This document shows positions 47,656-59,500 of a DNA stretch of 64,000 nt, piece by piece (the stretch's first letter is position 1; each line of letters opens with the position of its first letter). The notes below the pieces were generated by a model, which worked only from the letters and a program-made list of their open reading frames with translations, made no database searches and was not told where the DNA came from. The position numbers and the translations under genes are program-made. Source of the DNA: an uncultured Candidatus Saccharibacteria bacterium. GTDB lineage: Bacteria > Patescibacteriota > Minisyncoccia > Minisyncoccales > CAYUYO01. The stretch is from the NCBI GenBank assembly GCA_964449385.1, contig CAYUYO010000001.1, forward strand, positions 36,720 through 100,719. The letters are read 5' to 3'.

Positions 47656-50528
47656 CCGATTATTTCTTTAGCTAATTGATTAAAGTCTTGAGTTAATTTT
47701 TCCAGTTTTTTTGAATCTTTCTCGAATTCAGCTTTTTTAATTTCTTTGGAAATTTCATCCAGTTTATTTTTAATTTTCAAGGATTGAAGTTCTGCTAAGC
47801 AATATTTTATTTCAGATTCTACTTCTTTTTCCTCTATATCTTCTATTTCTGCTTTCAGTGAAAGATAATTAAAAAACTCTGAGTCAGGATTTTGATTTTT
47901 TCTTAAACTAATTAAAAATTTCTGAATATCGTCTGGAAAATCAACTAGTTTATCTTTTTCAATAAGATTTATATTTTTAGGAAATTTTATAATTAAAGTA
48001 ACTATTCTTTCTTCTAAAAGTTCTTTTCTCGACTTTATAGGATTCTTGTTTTCAGCAGGAAGAGAAACTATCTCAATATTTTCAATTTTTGTTTTTTTTA
48101 ATTCTTCTTCAACGCTTTCTTCTTTAACTTCTAATTTCTTTGCCAATTCCTGAATCCAAAATGATTGTTCAATTTTATTCGGAATTCTCCTAATAACGGG
48201 CAAAAGGATTTTAGAAATTTCCCTTTTGTCTTCTGGAGTTTTGGAATCTCTACTGGAAAAAGTTGTATCAAAATAAAAATCAAGAATTGACTTTGTTGAT
48301 TTAAGAGCTTCTTTCCAAATATTGGGATCTTTGGCAATGATTTCGGCCGGGTCTTTGCCTTTTGGTAAAAGCACTACTTTTATATTAAACCCTTGAGTCT
48401 GAGCTAGATCAATCCCCTTTTTGGTAGCGGAATCACCGGCAATATCCATATCGAAAGAAGTTAATAAATTACTGGAATATCTTTTCAAAATTTTTAATTG
48501 AAAGGAAGTTAGAGCCGTTCCAGAAACAGCTGCAACATTTTCATTACCTGCTTGGGAAACCATAATAACATCTGTATAACCCTCAACTAAAATACAAGAA
48601 TCTTTTTTTCTAATTTCTATTTTTGCTTTATTCAAACCGTACAAAGTTTGGCTTTTATCATAAAGAAGAGTGTTGGGCGTATTAAGATATTTAGCAGGAT
48701 CATCGGACTTGAATATTCTTCCTCCGAAACCAATAACCTGAGAGTTCAAGTCAAAAATAGGAAAAATAATTCTGCCTCTGAATCTGTCAAAAAAATTTCC
48801 TTTAGCTTTTTCAGATTTAATAGCTAAGCCGGCTTTCTCTATTTCTTCTTTCTGATATCCTTTAGAAATTAAAAAATCAGACAATCCTTGCCAAACATCC
48901 GGCGAATAACCGAGCCTCCACTTCTTAATACTTTCTTCTAAAATCCCTCTCTGTAAAAGATATTCTTTTACTTCTTGGCCTACTTTTGATTCTAACTGCC
49001 TTTCGAAAAATTGAGCTGCCAGTTCGCAAATTTCATATAATCTTTGCCTTTCTGTTTTTAATTCCGGAGATTGTTTTTTTAATTCCACGCCAGCTCTCTG
49101 AGCTAAAATTCTCAAAGCATCGCCGAACTCCACTCCCTCAATTTTCATTACAAATTTAAAAATGTCACCTCCTTCACCGCAGTTCCCCACCACAAAATTA
49201 TTAGCTACATAAGAATGGTCTTTGTCTACGGTTAAATTATAAACGCTACCATTAAACTTCCTTTTCTTAATTTCTTTAACTGGAAAAAGAACGTATAAAA
49301 CATTATTTTTTTTATAAAAATCAGCAAAATGTAATTTAATATTTTCCTGCCAGGAAATTTCAAATGATTTTCTATGATGAACTCCTTTTTTATCAATTTT
49401 TGCTTTATTTGTGATGATTGTCGGTATAATTCCCAATCTTAATAAAATATCTCGTAATTGTTCAGTTAAAACCGGTGAAATAGTACCGATAGATTTGAAA
49501 TACCTTTCTGTTTTTGTCTTAGCTACTCTACCCGTATATCCATCTCCTCTAAAAATCGCCTCTAAAATTATTCTTTGCTTCTTCGGAGGAAGATGTTGAA
49601 AATCAAAAGGGATGTGTTTATTTTCTGCTCCTTTACCGCAAAGGTTTCCAAAAATATTAGCCAAATTAGAGCTATTAGCAACAATGTCTAAGCCCCTATA
49701 CTCTTTTCTCTTTTTACGCCGAATAGTACTCTCTAAATTAAATACATTTTTAAGGAAATTTATAATATCTTTGGCAAAATCTTTTTCATAAGTAGCGATG
49801 CTAAATATGATGTGCCCATAATTATCAACACTACCTTCTGCAATCCAGTATCCTATCAATTTTAAAAAGTCTTCATTCATTTCCACTTTCGTGGGAAATT
49901 TTTTTGATCTTCTGTCATGGTCACTAATCCTACGAGTAAAATAGTCATTCAAATTTATGAACTTTTTATCTTCTTCTTTCGTATCAATAGGAAAGAGCAA
50001 ATAATCATTTATGGAGATATTACCTATTGGAATTTTCTCTATTTTATAATCTAAAAAATATTTTGTAGGACAATTTCGTGAACAACGCCATTGACAAATT
50101 CTTGTTTCCCGATTTTTTTGTCTACAATTTTTTGTTTTTATAGCATACACTTCATGGTCGGCGGTCAAAGAAACCCAATCGCTAGATTTACGTACTCTTA
50201 TGTCTACTATTTCTCCATTGTATGGTCGTTTAAAGGTTTTAATAACTGGCATAAACCTTCCCTGGTGCGTAAGCACTTGCTGACCAATTTGCACATCTTC
50301 AATATTGTGATACCCTCTAAATGTTTTAATTAAAGAACCTGAAGGAAAACAACCACCAAAGCAATGCCAAATTTGCTTTGCTGGAGATATAAAAAAAGAA
50401 GGAGTCTTTTCCGAATGAAAAGGACAAAGAGCCCGATAATTTATTCCGGCTTTTTGCAGTTTGATATAACTACCAATAACTTCAACAATATCCAATCGCG
50501 ATTTAATTTCCTCAACCGGACTTAACAT
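47652..50528 (-). CDS. dnaG: DNA primase containing an intein
   Basis: [15 protein letters not shown]|intein|[39 protein letters not shown]. Confidence 0.95.
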   Translation of the reverse strand: MLSPVEEIKSRLDIVEVIGSYIKLQKAGINYRALCPFHSEKTPSFFISPAKQIWHCFGGCFPSGSLIKTFRGYHNIEDVQIGQQVLTHQGRFMPVIKTFKRPYNGEIVDIRVRKSSDWVSLTADHEVYAIKTKNCRQKNRETRICQWRCSRNCPTKYFLDYKIEKIPIGNISINDYLLFPIDTKEEDKKFINLNDYFTRRISDHDRRSKKFPTKVEMNEDFLKLIGYWIAEGSVDNYGHIIFSIATYEKDFAKDIINFLKNVFNLESTIRRKKRKEYRGLDIVANSSNLANIFGNLCGKGAENKHIPFDFQHLPPKKQRIILEAIFRGDGYTGRVAKTKTERYFKSIGTISPVLTEQLRDILLRLGIIPTIITNKAKIDKKGVHHRKSFEISWQENIKLHFADFYKKNNVLYVLFPVKEIKKRKFNGSVYNLTVDKDHSYVANNFVVGNCGEGGDIFKFVMKIEGVEFGDALRILAQRAGVELKKQSPELKTERQRLYEICELAAQFFERQLESKVGQEVKEYLLQRGILEESIKKWRLGYSPDVWQGLSDFLISKGYQKEEIEKAGLAIKSEKAKGNFFDRFRGRIIFPIFDLNSQVIGFGGRIFKSDDPAKYLNTPNTLLYDKSQTLYGLNKAKIEIRKKDSCILVEGYTDVIMVSQAGNENVAAVSGTALTSFQLKILKRYSSNLLTSFDMDIAGDSATKKGIDLAQTQGFNIKVVLLPKGKDPAEIIAKDPNIWKEALKSTKSILDFYFDTTFSSRDSKTPEDKREISKILLPVIRRIPNKIEQSFWIQELAKKLEVKEESVEEELKKTKIENIEIVSLPAENKNPIKSRKELLEERIVTLIIKFPKNINLIEKDKLVDFPDDIQKFLISLRKNQNPDSEFFNYLSLKAEIEDIEEKEVESEIKYCLAELQSLKIKNKLDEISKEIKKAEFEKDSKKLEKLTQDFNQLAKEIIG
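49182..50351 (-). mobile_element. Intein with LAGLIDADG homing endonuclease (390 aa) in dnaG
   Basis: Starts CFPSGS, block [18 protein letters not shown] and LEAIFRGDG, ends [21 protein letters not shown] followed by Cys. Confidence 0.93.
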
Positions 50529-50534
50529 AAAAGA

Positions 50535-51362
50535 TTATTTCTCTGATTTTTCTCTTGACCAAACTGACATTTGTGGAAATGGAATTTCTATGCCTTCTTT
50601 ATCAAAAGCAATTTTTAATCTTCGCCTAAACTCTTTTAAGGTATCCCATTGTTTAAGAGGTTTTGTTTCTCCTAAAACTTTTATTTCTACGCCAGATTCG
50701 CCAAATTTATCTGGTCCTGGCCCTGCTACCTGAATCGGCTTTATAATATATTCATTCCAAGGAGATTCAACCGCCATTTCCTGCCCTACTTTATTAATCA
50801 AAGTCATTACTTTGTCTATATCTTCTTTGTAAGCTACGGAAACATTCATGTGCGCTCTGGAAAAATCTTTAGTCAGATTAGCAGCCACTTTAAACGAGCC
50901 GTTAGGAATATGGTAAACTTTACCGTCCAAATCTCTTAAAACTGTTTTTCTTAAAGTAATATCTTCCACTCCTCCGCAGATTTCATCTAAACAAACCACG
51001 TCTCCTATTCGATACTGATTCTCAATAATTATAAAAAGACCGGCTAAAAAATCTCTCACTACATACTGAGCGCCAAAACCAAGAGCCACGCCAACAATTC
51101 CAGCGCCAGCTAAAATAGGCGCAATATTTATACCAAATTCCGGCAGGACCAGCATTACGGCCATAAACCAAACAATAATATTTAAAGCACCGTTAAAAAT
51201 TCCAATTAATGTATTTTCCCTTTTTTCTTCTGCTTCCTTGTTTTCGGATTTAACTGCTTGCCTGATTGTTTTTCCAACAAGTTTTTTACCAAAATGATTA
51301 ATTAAAAAAGCAGCAACTAAAATGCAAATAATTTTAATACCGTGAATGAAAATCCAGTCCAT
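50535..51362 (-). CDS. Mechanosensitive channel MscS family
   Basis: AGIVGVALGFGAQ..RDFLAG, GDVV, IPNG, GIEIPFPQ. Confidence 0.92.
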   Translation of the reverse strand: MDWIFIHGIKIICILVAAFLINHFGKKLVGKTIRQAVKSENKEAEEKRENTLIGIFNGALNIIVWFMAVMLVLPEFGINIAPILAGAGIVGVALGFGAQYVVRDFLAGLFIIIENQYRIGDVVCLDEICGGVEDITLRKTVLRDLDGKVYHIPNGSFKVAANLTKDFSRAHMNVSVAYKEDIDKVMTLINKVGQEMAVESPWNEYIIKPIQVAGPGPDKFGESGVEIKVLGETKPLKQWDTLKEFRRRLKIAFDKEGIEIPFPQMSVWSREKSEK

Positions 51363-51580
51363 AAATTTAAAAATAAAAATTAATTATTATGCGGGACACT
51401 TTCGGCCGTTCCGACCTTAGTCGTGGACAGATTCGTTTACTATCCGATTTTAATTATAACTCATTTTTATTAAAAGAAAAGTTCTCTCCCACAGATGTGA
51501 AAGAGAGCTCCGTCGTCCAAGGGACCAAGAAATCGAGTTTCCCAAACAAGAACCAAATTCCCAAGAGTCCAAGGACTTTT

Positions 51581-52213
51581 TTACTTGCAGAAGACCAAGA
51601 AATCGGCAGGATCCCAGATAAAGTCAGGATTGTCCCAATCCAAACTGCCGCAGAGCCATAGCTTCGAGGTAAGACACCCCACTAAGAACACGCGCGGGTG
51701 ACCAGCAGAATCGATAATGGGCTCCATCCATATAAGAACCCACTCGTTGTTCGGCTGGTCTTGGCATTGCAGACGCAGTTGAGGACCGACTTCTGGTGGA
51801 CAGAGCTCAAGTCCGAGTTCCTTGGCGCGTTCGTATATCTGGTCGCTCCGGGCACCTTTCTTGAAGCCGAGTTCGGCAAGCGTGACTTTTACAAGATCCA
51901 CCTCGATCGTCTCGGTAGCTACTGTAAAAGCTGGCTTTCCAAGGATGTCGTCGGCCCAGTGGCTGATATCAAATCCGTTGTCCTTCAGGGCTTTGCGGAA
52001 ATCATCAGCGGTCTTGAGGCCGGTGCCAAGGTTGATGGTTTTCCAGATATTGAATTCGGGATCGGGTGAACAAAATGCATTACTGAGAGCTTTCTGCACA
52101 GCCCTGGGGTTTTGAATCCATCTCTGCATCACATCGCCCGAAAGCTCGGGCATGTTCTCGCCGACCACGGCGAGAAATTTGGCAGTCTGCCGATCATAGG
52201 TTTTCGCTGTCAT
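51581..52213 (-). CDS. GC-rich CPR protein resembling DGR variable (target) proteins
   Basis: ELGLELCPPEVGPQLRLQ..DQP..EW..I.MEPI.D followed by a variable-looking tail ending W.P...LVF; AAGGAG SD. Confidence 0.65.
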   Translation of the reverse strand: MTAKTYDRQTAKFLAVVGENMPELSGDVMQRWIQNPRAVQKALSNAFCSPDPEFNIWKTINLGTGLKTADDFRKALKDNGFDISHWADDILGKPAFTVATETIEVDLVKVTLAELGFKKGARSDQIYERAKELGLELCPPEVGPQLRLQCQDQPNNEWVLIWMEPIIDSAGHPRVFLVGCLTSKLWLCGSLDWDNPDFIWDPADFLVFCK

Positions 52214-52247
52214 TAGCGTTTTCTCCTTTTGCTAGCGGGCTACTTCT

Positions 52248-52299
52248 GTAGTCATAGCCAGTAGACACCGAAAAATCAGTGGCTTTTGGCTATGACTAC
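52248..52299. repeat. Perfect 13-bp inverted repeat in leader of 51581-52213
   Basis: GTAGTCATAGCCA-26nt-TGGCTATGACTAC. Confidence 0.85.
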
Positions 52300-52344
52300 T
52301 AATTCGCAAGTAAATAATGAAAAGAGCTAATTTATTATGTTTAA

Positions 52345-52373
52345 AGAGTAATACACTAATTAATTTCTGTCAA
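52345..52373 (-). promoter_or_regulatory. Promoter for DGR-target-like gene
   Basis: TTGACA-17-TACTCT. Confidence 0.55.
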
Positions 52374-52409
52374 TATTTCCGTGATACATTCTACTCTGAA
52401 GTGCAACAT

Positions 52410-52439
52410 AAAAAAATCACCCAAGAAGGTGATTTTTTT
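52410..52439. terminator. Terminator closing the tRNA-Ser cassette array
   Basis: AAAAAAATCACC-caagaa-GGTGATTTTTTT. Confidence 0.8.
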
Positions 52440-52484
52440 GATAAGCACTTGAGCCGCAATTTATTTTAGATTAATCGGGTTGCG

Positions 52485-52525
52485 TCGATAAGAAATTGTC
52501 TTGGCGGGACACTCAGGTTAAGTAT
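52485..52525. repeat. Cassette junction repeat copy 3 (att-like)
   Basis: TCGATAAGAAATTGTCTTGGCGG-N8-GGTTAAGTAT. Confidence 0.8.
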
Positions 52526-52591
52526 TAATTATTTGAAGGTGTTTTGATGATATTTGTGGTACTCGCTAAGCCAGGCACGTGGGTCGGGATA

Positions 52592-53176
52592 TTATCTTCG
52601 AGCACCGAGAATCTTTTCACACAATTCCACTAGATATTGGCGTAGTAATTTTTCGTCCTTTTCTAAATTTATAAGTTTACGAATCTCTCTTGTCAAAAGT
52701 ATCGCCCTTGCATTTTGAATTACCAGATTATCACCCCTGTCTAATTTCCGATGACAGTTAGGACAAAGATTTAATATATTGAATGATTTTGAGCTTCCTT
52801 TTTCGGCATTTTCAATCCAATGTGCCTTATCTAAAGAACAGTCTTTTTCTCCGCATAGTTCACAGCAAGATCCAACGATTTTTGGTTTATTATTTAAAAG
52901 TTTTTTGTCGCGAGACGGTAAGTTTAACATTTGGACCCACGATCTTCGATGACTACGGAGATTTTTAGCAAAAATTAAATTTCTACTAGATGTTCCCCAG
53001 CGACGCGCAAATAATTTCTGTCCCATTCTCTCACTTAAATATAAATCTTTATAGTCTTTTTCGAACTTAACACGCAATACTTTTTCCATGTCTTTCATTT
53101 TTTGTGGCTTTTCGCCTGGCAGGATGGGTAGAAATCTACCCGTTTTTTTATCTAGTTTTGGATGAAAATTTTTCAT
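52592..53176 (-). CDS. HNH endonuclease domain protein (cassette 2)
   Basis: CELCG..LDKAHWI....G.....N.LNLCPNCHRKLD; ATG at 53176 (alternative TTG at 53206). Confidence 0.85.
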   Translation of the reverse strand: MKNFHPKLDKKTGRFLPILPGEKPQKMKDMEKVLRVKFEKDYKDLYLSERMGQKLFARRWGTSSRNLIFAKNLRSHRRSWVQMLNLPSRDKKLLNNKPKIVGSCCELCGEKDCSLDKAHWIENAEKGSSKSFNILNLCPNCHRKLDRGDNLVIQNARAILLTREIRKLINLEKDEKLLRQYLVELCEKILGARR

Positions 53177-53207
53177 AAGATGCTTGAAACTATGTATTTG
53201 GGTCAAA

Positions 53208-53248
53208 CCGATAATAAATTGTCTTGGCGGTAGCCATGGGTTAAGTAT
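53208..53248. repeat. Cassette junction repeat copy 2 (att-like)
   Basis: CCGATAATAAATTGTCTTGGCGG-N8-GGTTAAGTAT. Confidence 0.8.
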
Positions 53249-53332
53249 CCATGAGAAAGTATCTCACAAGGCTATTTTAACAGATTTCCCGATTGAGAAC
53301 CGAGGCTCTCGGGTCAGACTATATTTTCATTT

Positions 53333-54028
53333 TTATTGAACCGGATGTTTCTTAAGATAGTTATTTATTTTCTCCATTATCCGATCATTCATCTCCATTA
53401 CTTTCAGCACCAACCTATTCGCACGGCTTGCTTTCGCTTGAATATTTTGTTTCCAGAGTTTGGACATCACTTTCGGGTCCTTAGATTCAATATTTGGGAT
53501 CATTAGATTACTGTATCCACCCTCCTTGCCATAGTATCGACGGTGAGTCATCAAAATTCTTTCACTCAAAGTACTTTTAAAATCTTTGTCTTTATCAAAT
53601 TTTTTTAATTCTGTGTCTAGGCGTGCATCCCTAATAATACCGTGGCTAATTATAGTTGAAAGTATTCCCATACTCTTTTCGTCAAAACCAATCCTTAGAC
53701 CTTGATTTACAAACTGAATTACTTTATCGCGATAACCAGTTACTCGAAAAGTAAAATTCTCAATGTGATACAAAGAATTCTCGAAGTGAACAAAGCCAGT
53801 TCGCGAAACAAGATGCCCGCAATCTTTCTTGCTGATACAACTTATCTGATAGTTACACAGTGCTACTGATTCTTGAAGTTTCTGATTAATACGTCGGAGA
53901 TCAGTCGTCAAATGTAACAACTCGTAATGGTAATCTCTTGCGAGTTTAGTAAATCTATTCCCCTGAAAATCAAAGAAAGGTCTCTTCGTTTTCTTTACTT
54001 TTTTCTTACGAATCTTTTTCTTAGTCAT
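53333..54028 (-). CDS. HEPN domain protein (Cthe_2314-like; cassette 1)
   Basis: YHIENF.FR...RDK..Q..N pattern and RxxxxH motif RILMTH; helical composition. Confidence 0.65.
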   Translation of the reverse strand: MTKKKIRKKKVKKTKRPFFDFQGNRFTKLARDYHYELLHLTTDLRRINQKLQESVALCNYQISCISKKDCGHLVSRTGFVHFENSLYHIENFTFRVTGYRDKVIQFVNQGLRIGFDEKSMGILSTIISHGIIRDARLDTELKKFDKDKDFKSTLSERILMTHRRYYGKEGGYSNLMIPNIESKDPKVMSKLWKQNIQAKASRANRLVLKVMEMNDRIMEKINNYLKKHPVQ

Positions 54029-54058
54029 AGTTTAGGTCCATTTTACTAATCGGGCCTT

Positions 54059-54165
<107 letters not shown>

Positions 54166-54175
54166 TCTCATTCTC

Positions 54176-54204
54176 ACTATAACTAAAAACTCCTCCCAAA
54201 GCAA
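54176..54204 (-). promoter_or_regulatory. tRNA-Ser promoter
   Basis: TTGCTT-17-TATAGT. Confidence 0.55.
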
Positions 54205-54239
54205 CTGAGAGAAGTCTTTAATTTAATTTAAAATTCTAA

Positions 54240-56160
<1,921 letters not shown>

Positions 56161-56204
56161 AAATTTTAATAAATTATTTTATGACCTTTAATCACTAATC
56201 TAAT

Positions 56205-56233
56205 ATCTTAAATCAGTAAAAGTTTTTTGTCAA
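56205..56233 (-). promoter_or_regulatory. groESL promoter
   Basis: TTGACA-17-TAAGAT. Confidence 0.6.
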
Positions 56234-56306
56234 TTCTAAATATGTAAAAGGTTGCTAATATTACTATTCTTTGCTATTATCTAAAGTGAAGCATTAAACT
56301 ACTTTT

Positions 56307-56711
56307 ATGGGATATTTAATTTTGCAAATTATTGCCGGTGTTTCAGGATTTTTTTTAGCAACTCGTTTTGTCCCTGGAGTAAGCTTAGAAGTTATTCCGG
56401 GCCAGTCCAGTTTATTCGGAATAGATTTTACAGCTACTTGGCAGATTTTGCTTCTAATAGGTACTGCTTTAGGACTAATTAATTTTTTTATTAAGCCGAT
56501 TCTGAAAATAATTACATTGCCTTTACGAATACTTACCCTTGGACTTTTTGGATTAGTGCTCAATATGATTATAGTTTGGGCTGTAGATATTTTCTTTCCC
56601 GAATTAATTATTGAAGGAATAATCCCACTTTTTTTAACCACGGCTATTATTTGGGGAATCAGTTTTTTCTTAGGACTTTATAAATCAAAACAAAAAGTAA
56701 TTATAGAATAA
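56307..56711 (+). CDS. Phage holin family 4 / YvlD-like membrane protein
   Basis: GLINFFIKPILKIITLPLRILTLGLF..VLN. Confidence 0.85.
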   Translation: MGYLILQIIAGVSGFFLATRFVPGVSLEVIPGQSSLFGIDFTATWQILLLIGTALGLINFFIKPILKIITLPLRILTLGLFGLVLNMIIVWAVDIFFPELIIEGIIPLFLTTAIIWGISFFLGLYKSKQKVIIE

Positions 56712-56713
56712 CA

Positions 56714-56929
56714 ATGGAACAATATTTACCAATTGCTCAAATTATCGTTGCTGTCCTCTTAATAATTTCCATTCTTTTACAACAGAGAGGAACAGCTTTA
56801 GGTTCAGCTTTCGGAGGAGGAGGTGGATTTTATGCTACCAGGCGCGGAATTCAACAGAAACTTCTTTGGGCTACCTGTATTCTCGGAGCTTTATTTATCA
56901 TTTTAGCCCTGTTGAACCTCATTATTTAG
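56714..56929 (+). CDS. secG: Preprotein translocase SecG
   Basis: ILLQQRG..LGSAFGGG..TRRG; two TM helices. Confidence 0.9.
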   Translation: MEQYLPIAQIIVAVLLIISILLQQRGTALGSAFGGGGGFYATRRGIQQKLLWATCILGALFIILALLNLII

Positions 56930-56935
56930 CTTAAT

Positions 56936-58918
56936 ATGAAATTGCCATCTAAATCGCAATGGAGACAATTTTTTAAGGTACTGACTAAAAAAGAAAAAAA
57001 TATTTTTCTTATTTTTTTATTTTTCTTTCTAAGTTCCTCTATTTTTCTATTAATTAATTTTTACTTTCAAAACACGGAAGTCAAAGCTGCTATTGGAGGA
57101 AAATATATTGAAGGTATTTTGACTGAAAATGGAGGACCAAGATATATTAATCCTATTTATGCTGAAACCTCTGACGTTAATAGGGATTTGGTAGAAATGA
57201 TTTTTTCAGGACTGATGAAATACAGTCCCGATGGAAAAATCATTCCCGATTTAGTAAAAGAAGATTATAAAGTTTTAGAAGAAGGAATTATTTATGAATT
57301 TTCTTTAAAAGAAAATCTTTTCTGGCACGATTCTAAACCTCTCACAGCTGACGACGTAATTTTTACAATTGAAGCAATTCAAAATCCGGAAATAAACAGC
57401 CCCTTAAGAGTAAATTGGCTGGGAGTTGAAGTAGAAAAAATTTCTGACAGTTCTTTCCGTTTTACTCTAAAAAACCCTTCAGCGGTTTTTCTTGAAAACT
57501 GTACTGTAAAAATAATTCCCAAACACATCTGGCAAGATATTTCTTCTCAAAATTTTCCTCTTGCTACTTATAATCTGGCGCCAGTTGGTTCAGGACCTTA
57601 TAAATTCAAAAAAATATTTCAAGGAAAGGAAGGTAATATCGAATCTTTGGATTTAGAAAGAAATTCTGAATATTTCGGGAAAAAGCCCAATATTTCACAA
57701 ATTTCTTTTCAATTTTTTAACAATAAAGAACAATTAATTGCTGCTGCTAATTTGGGAAAAATTAACGGATTCTCCATAAGACCTTCAAAAGATATTTCTT
57801 TTAAAAATAATCAATTTCAGCAATATTCTCTTTCCTTACCAAGATATTTTGCTATTTTTTTAAATCCTCAAAAATTAAAACTTTTTTCAGAAGAAAAAAT
57901 AAGGCAAGCTCTTAATTACGGAATTGATAAAGAAGAAATTGTTCAAGAAGTCCTGGGAGGTCGCGGTGAAATTATTGATTCCCCCATCCTTCCTGAAATC
58001 TACGGATTTGAAAAACCTTTAGAAATTTATGATTTTAATCCGGAAAAAGCTAAAGAACTTTTGAATAAAGCTGGTTTTACCAAATTCAATCAAGAAGGCA
58101 TATTAGTAAAGACCGTTAAAGAAGAACCTTCTTTTCAATTTAAAAGTGATCTCAAAATCGGTTCTGAAGGAAACGAAGTGAAAAAACTCCAAGAATGTTT
58201 AGCTAGAGACCCCGAAATTTATCCCGAAGGCGAAGTAACCAGCTATTTCGGCTCAAAAACAAAAGCAGCTGTAATCCGTTTTCAGGAAAAATATAAAGAA
58301 GACGTTTTATCTCCTTACAATCTTACTAAGGGAACAGGTGAAGTTAAAACAAGCACTCGGGCAAAATTAAATGAAATTTATTTTCAGTCCTCTGAAGAAA
58401 CAATTCCTTTGAAATTTTCTTTAACTACTGTAGACCAGCCATTATTAATTGAAATGGCTTCTATGGTCAAATCCCAGTTGGAAAAACTTGGGATTGAAAC
58501 TGAAATTAAAACTTTTGATAATTTCACTTTAGAAAGAGAAATTATTAAGCCCAGGGATTACGAAGCTTTGTTATTCGGCGAAGTTTTAGGAGCTATCCCC
58601 GACCCTTTTCCCTTCTGGTCATCTCTGCAAAAAAAGGACCCCGGTTTAAACTTATCCATATATGAAAACAAAGAATGCGATAAGCTACTGGAAGAAGCTC
58701 GACAATCGTTGGATGATGAAATTAGAAAAGAAAAATTAGAAGAATTTCAAAATATTTTAATTGAAGATGCTCCTGTGGTATTTTTAGTTAATCCGGATTA
58801 TCTTTATTTTGTTTCTAAAAAAATTAAAGGAATAGATACGAAATTGATTAGTGATCCTTCAAAAAGATTTTCCGGAATTGAAAACTGGTATATTAAAACA
58901 AAAAGAGCATGGAAATAA
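56936..58918 (+). CDS. Family 5 ABC substrate-binding protein with inserted peptidoglycan-binding domain
   Basis: FSGLMKY, WHD..PLTADDVIFT, PVGSGPYKF; insert LKIGSEGNEVKKLQ..YFGSKTKAAVIRFQ..TRAKLN. Confidence 0.85.
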   Translation: MKLPSKSQWRQFFKVLTKKEKNIFLIFLFFFLSSSIFLLINFYFQNTEVKAAIGGKYIEGILTENGGPRYINPIYAETSDVNRDLVEMIFSGLMKYSPDGKIIPDLVKEDYKVLEEGIIYEFSLKENLFWHDSKPLTADDVIFTIEAIQNPEINSPLRVNWLGVEVEKISDSSFRFTLKNPSAVFLENCTVKIIPKHIWQDISSQNFPLATYNLAPVGSGPYKFKKIFQGKEGNIESLDLERNSEYFGKKPNISQISFQFFNNKEQLIAAANLGKINGFSIRPSKDISFKNNQFQQYSLSLPRYFAIFLNPQKLKLFSEEKIRQALNYGIDKEEIVQEVLGGRGEIIDSPILPEIYGFEKPLEIYDFNPEKAKELLNKAGFTKFNQEGILVKTVKEEPSFQFKSDLKIGSEGNEVKKLQECLARDPEIYPEGEVTSYFGSKTKAAVIRFQEKYKEDVLSPYNLTKGTGEVKTSTRAKLNEIYFQSSEETIPLKFSLTTVDQPLLIEMASMVKSQLEKLGIETEIKTFDNFTLEREIIKPRDYEALLFGEVLGAIPDPFPFWSSLQKKDPGLNLSIYENKECDKLLEEARQSLDDEIRKEKLEEFQNILIEDAPVVFLVNPDYLYFVSKKIKGIDTKLISDPSKRFSGIENWYIKTKRAWK

Positions 58919-59484
58919 AAAATAAACCTCAGATAAGACATTTAGATGAAATGAAAAAAGTTCTCTATGACCAGAAATGGGCTAAAAATGCTTTTAATTC
59001 TGAAATTTATTATGTCTATCGCAACGTCAAGAAAAAAAATGGTTTAAGATACGACATTACTATAATGCCTCCTAATATGTTAGGCAGAGAATTTCCCAAA
59101 ACTAAAGGTCATAAACATAAAGAAAAGTTTCAAGAATTAATTCAAGTCTTAGAAGGAAAAGCTTTTTATTTTGCTCAAAAAGGTAAAGGGAAAAATATTG
59201 AAGATTGTTATTTCACTGAAGCAAAAAAGGGTGATTTTGTTATTATTCCTTCGGACTACGAACATTTAACCATCAACCCTGCTAAAAAAGAGTTAAAAAT
59301 GGCTAATTGGATTTCTGAAAAATGTAAAAACGACTATTCTCTCTTTGAACATCTCCAAGGAGCTTGTTATTACTATACGAAAAGAGGCTGGATTAGAAAT
59401 AAAAACTATGTTAAAATACCTTTACTACATATTAAAAAACCTCTTAAATCAAAACCTAAAAATTTAGATTTCCTTTTAATATAG
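58909..59484 (+). CDS. Cupin-type (archaeal) glucose-6-phosphate isomerase family protein
   Basis: LRYDIT, G.EFPKTKGH.H...E...VLEG, H.TIN, GACYY. Confidence 0.8.
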   Translation: MEIKNKPQIRHLDEMKKVLYDQKWAKNAFNSEIYYVYRNVKKKNGLRYDITIMPPNMLGREFPKTKGHKHKEKFQELIQVLEGKAFYFAQKGKGKNIEDCYFTEAKKGDFVIIPSDYEHLTINPAKKELKMANWISEKCKNDYSLFEHLQGACYYYTKRGWIRNKNYVKIPLLHIKKPLKSKPKNLDFLLI

Positions 59485-59500
59485 TAACTTATTAAATTTT

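Noticed and set aside
51391-51400. GCGGGACACT match to junction copy 3 (52504) as a fourth cassette boundary
   Set aside because: Only 10 bp. It lacks the CGATA/TCTTG core and GGTTAAGTAT, and lies in the mscS leader; probably chance, though not excluded.
56161-56306. CIRCE/HrcA operator at groESL
   Set aside because: No TTAGCACTC-N9-GAGTGCTAA inverted repeat found.
56307-56711. Prophage suggested by the holin-family and baseplate-J-like genes
   Set aside because: Both sit among housekeeping genes with no capsid, terminase or integrase; these families occur as cellular genes.
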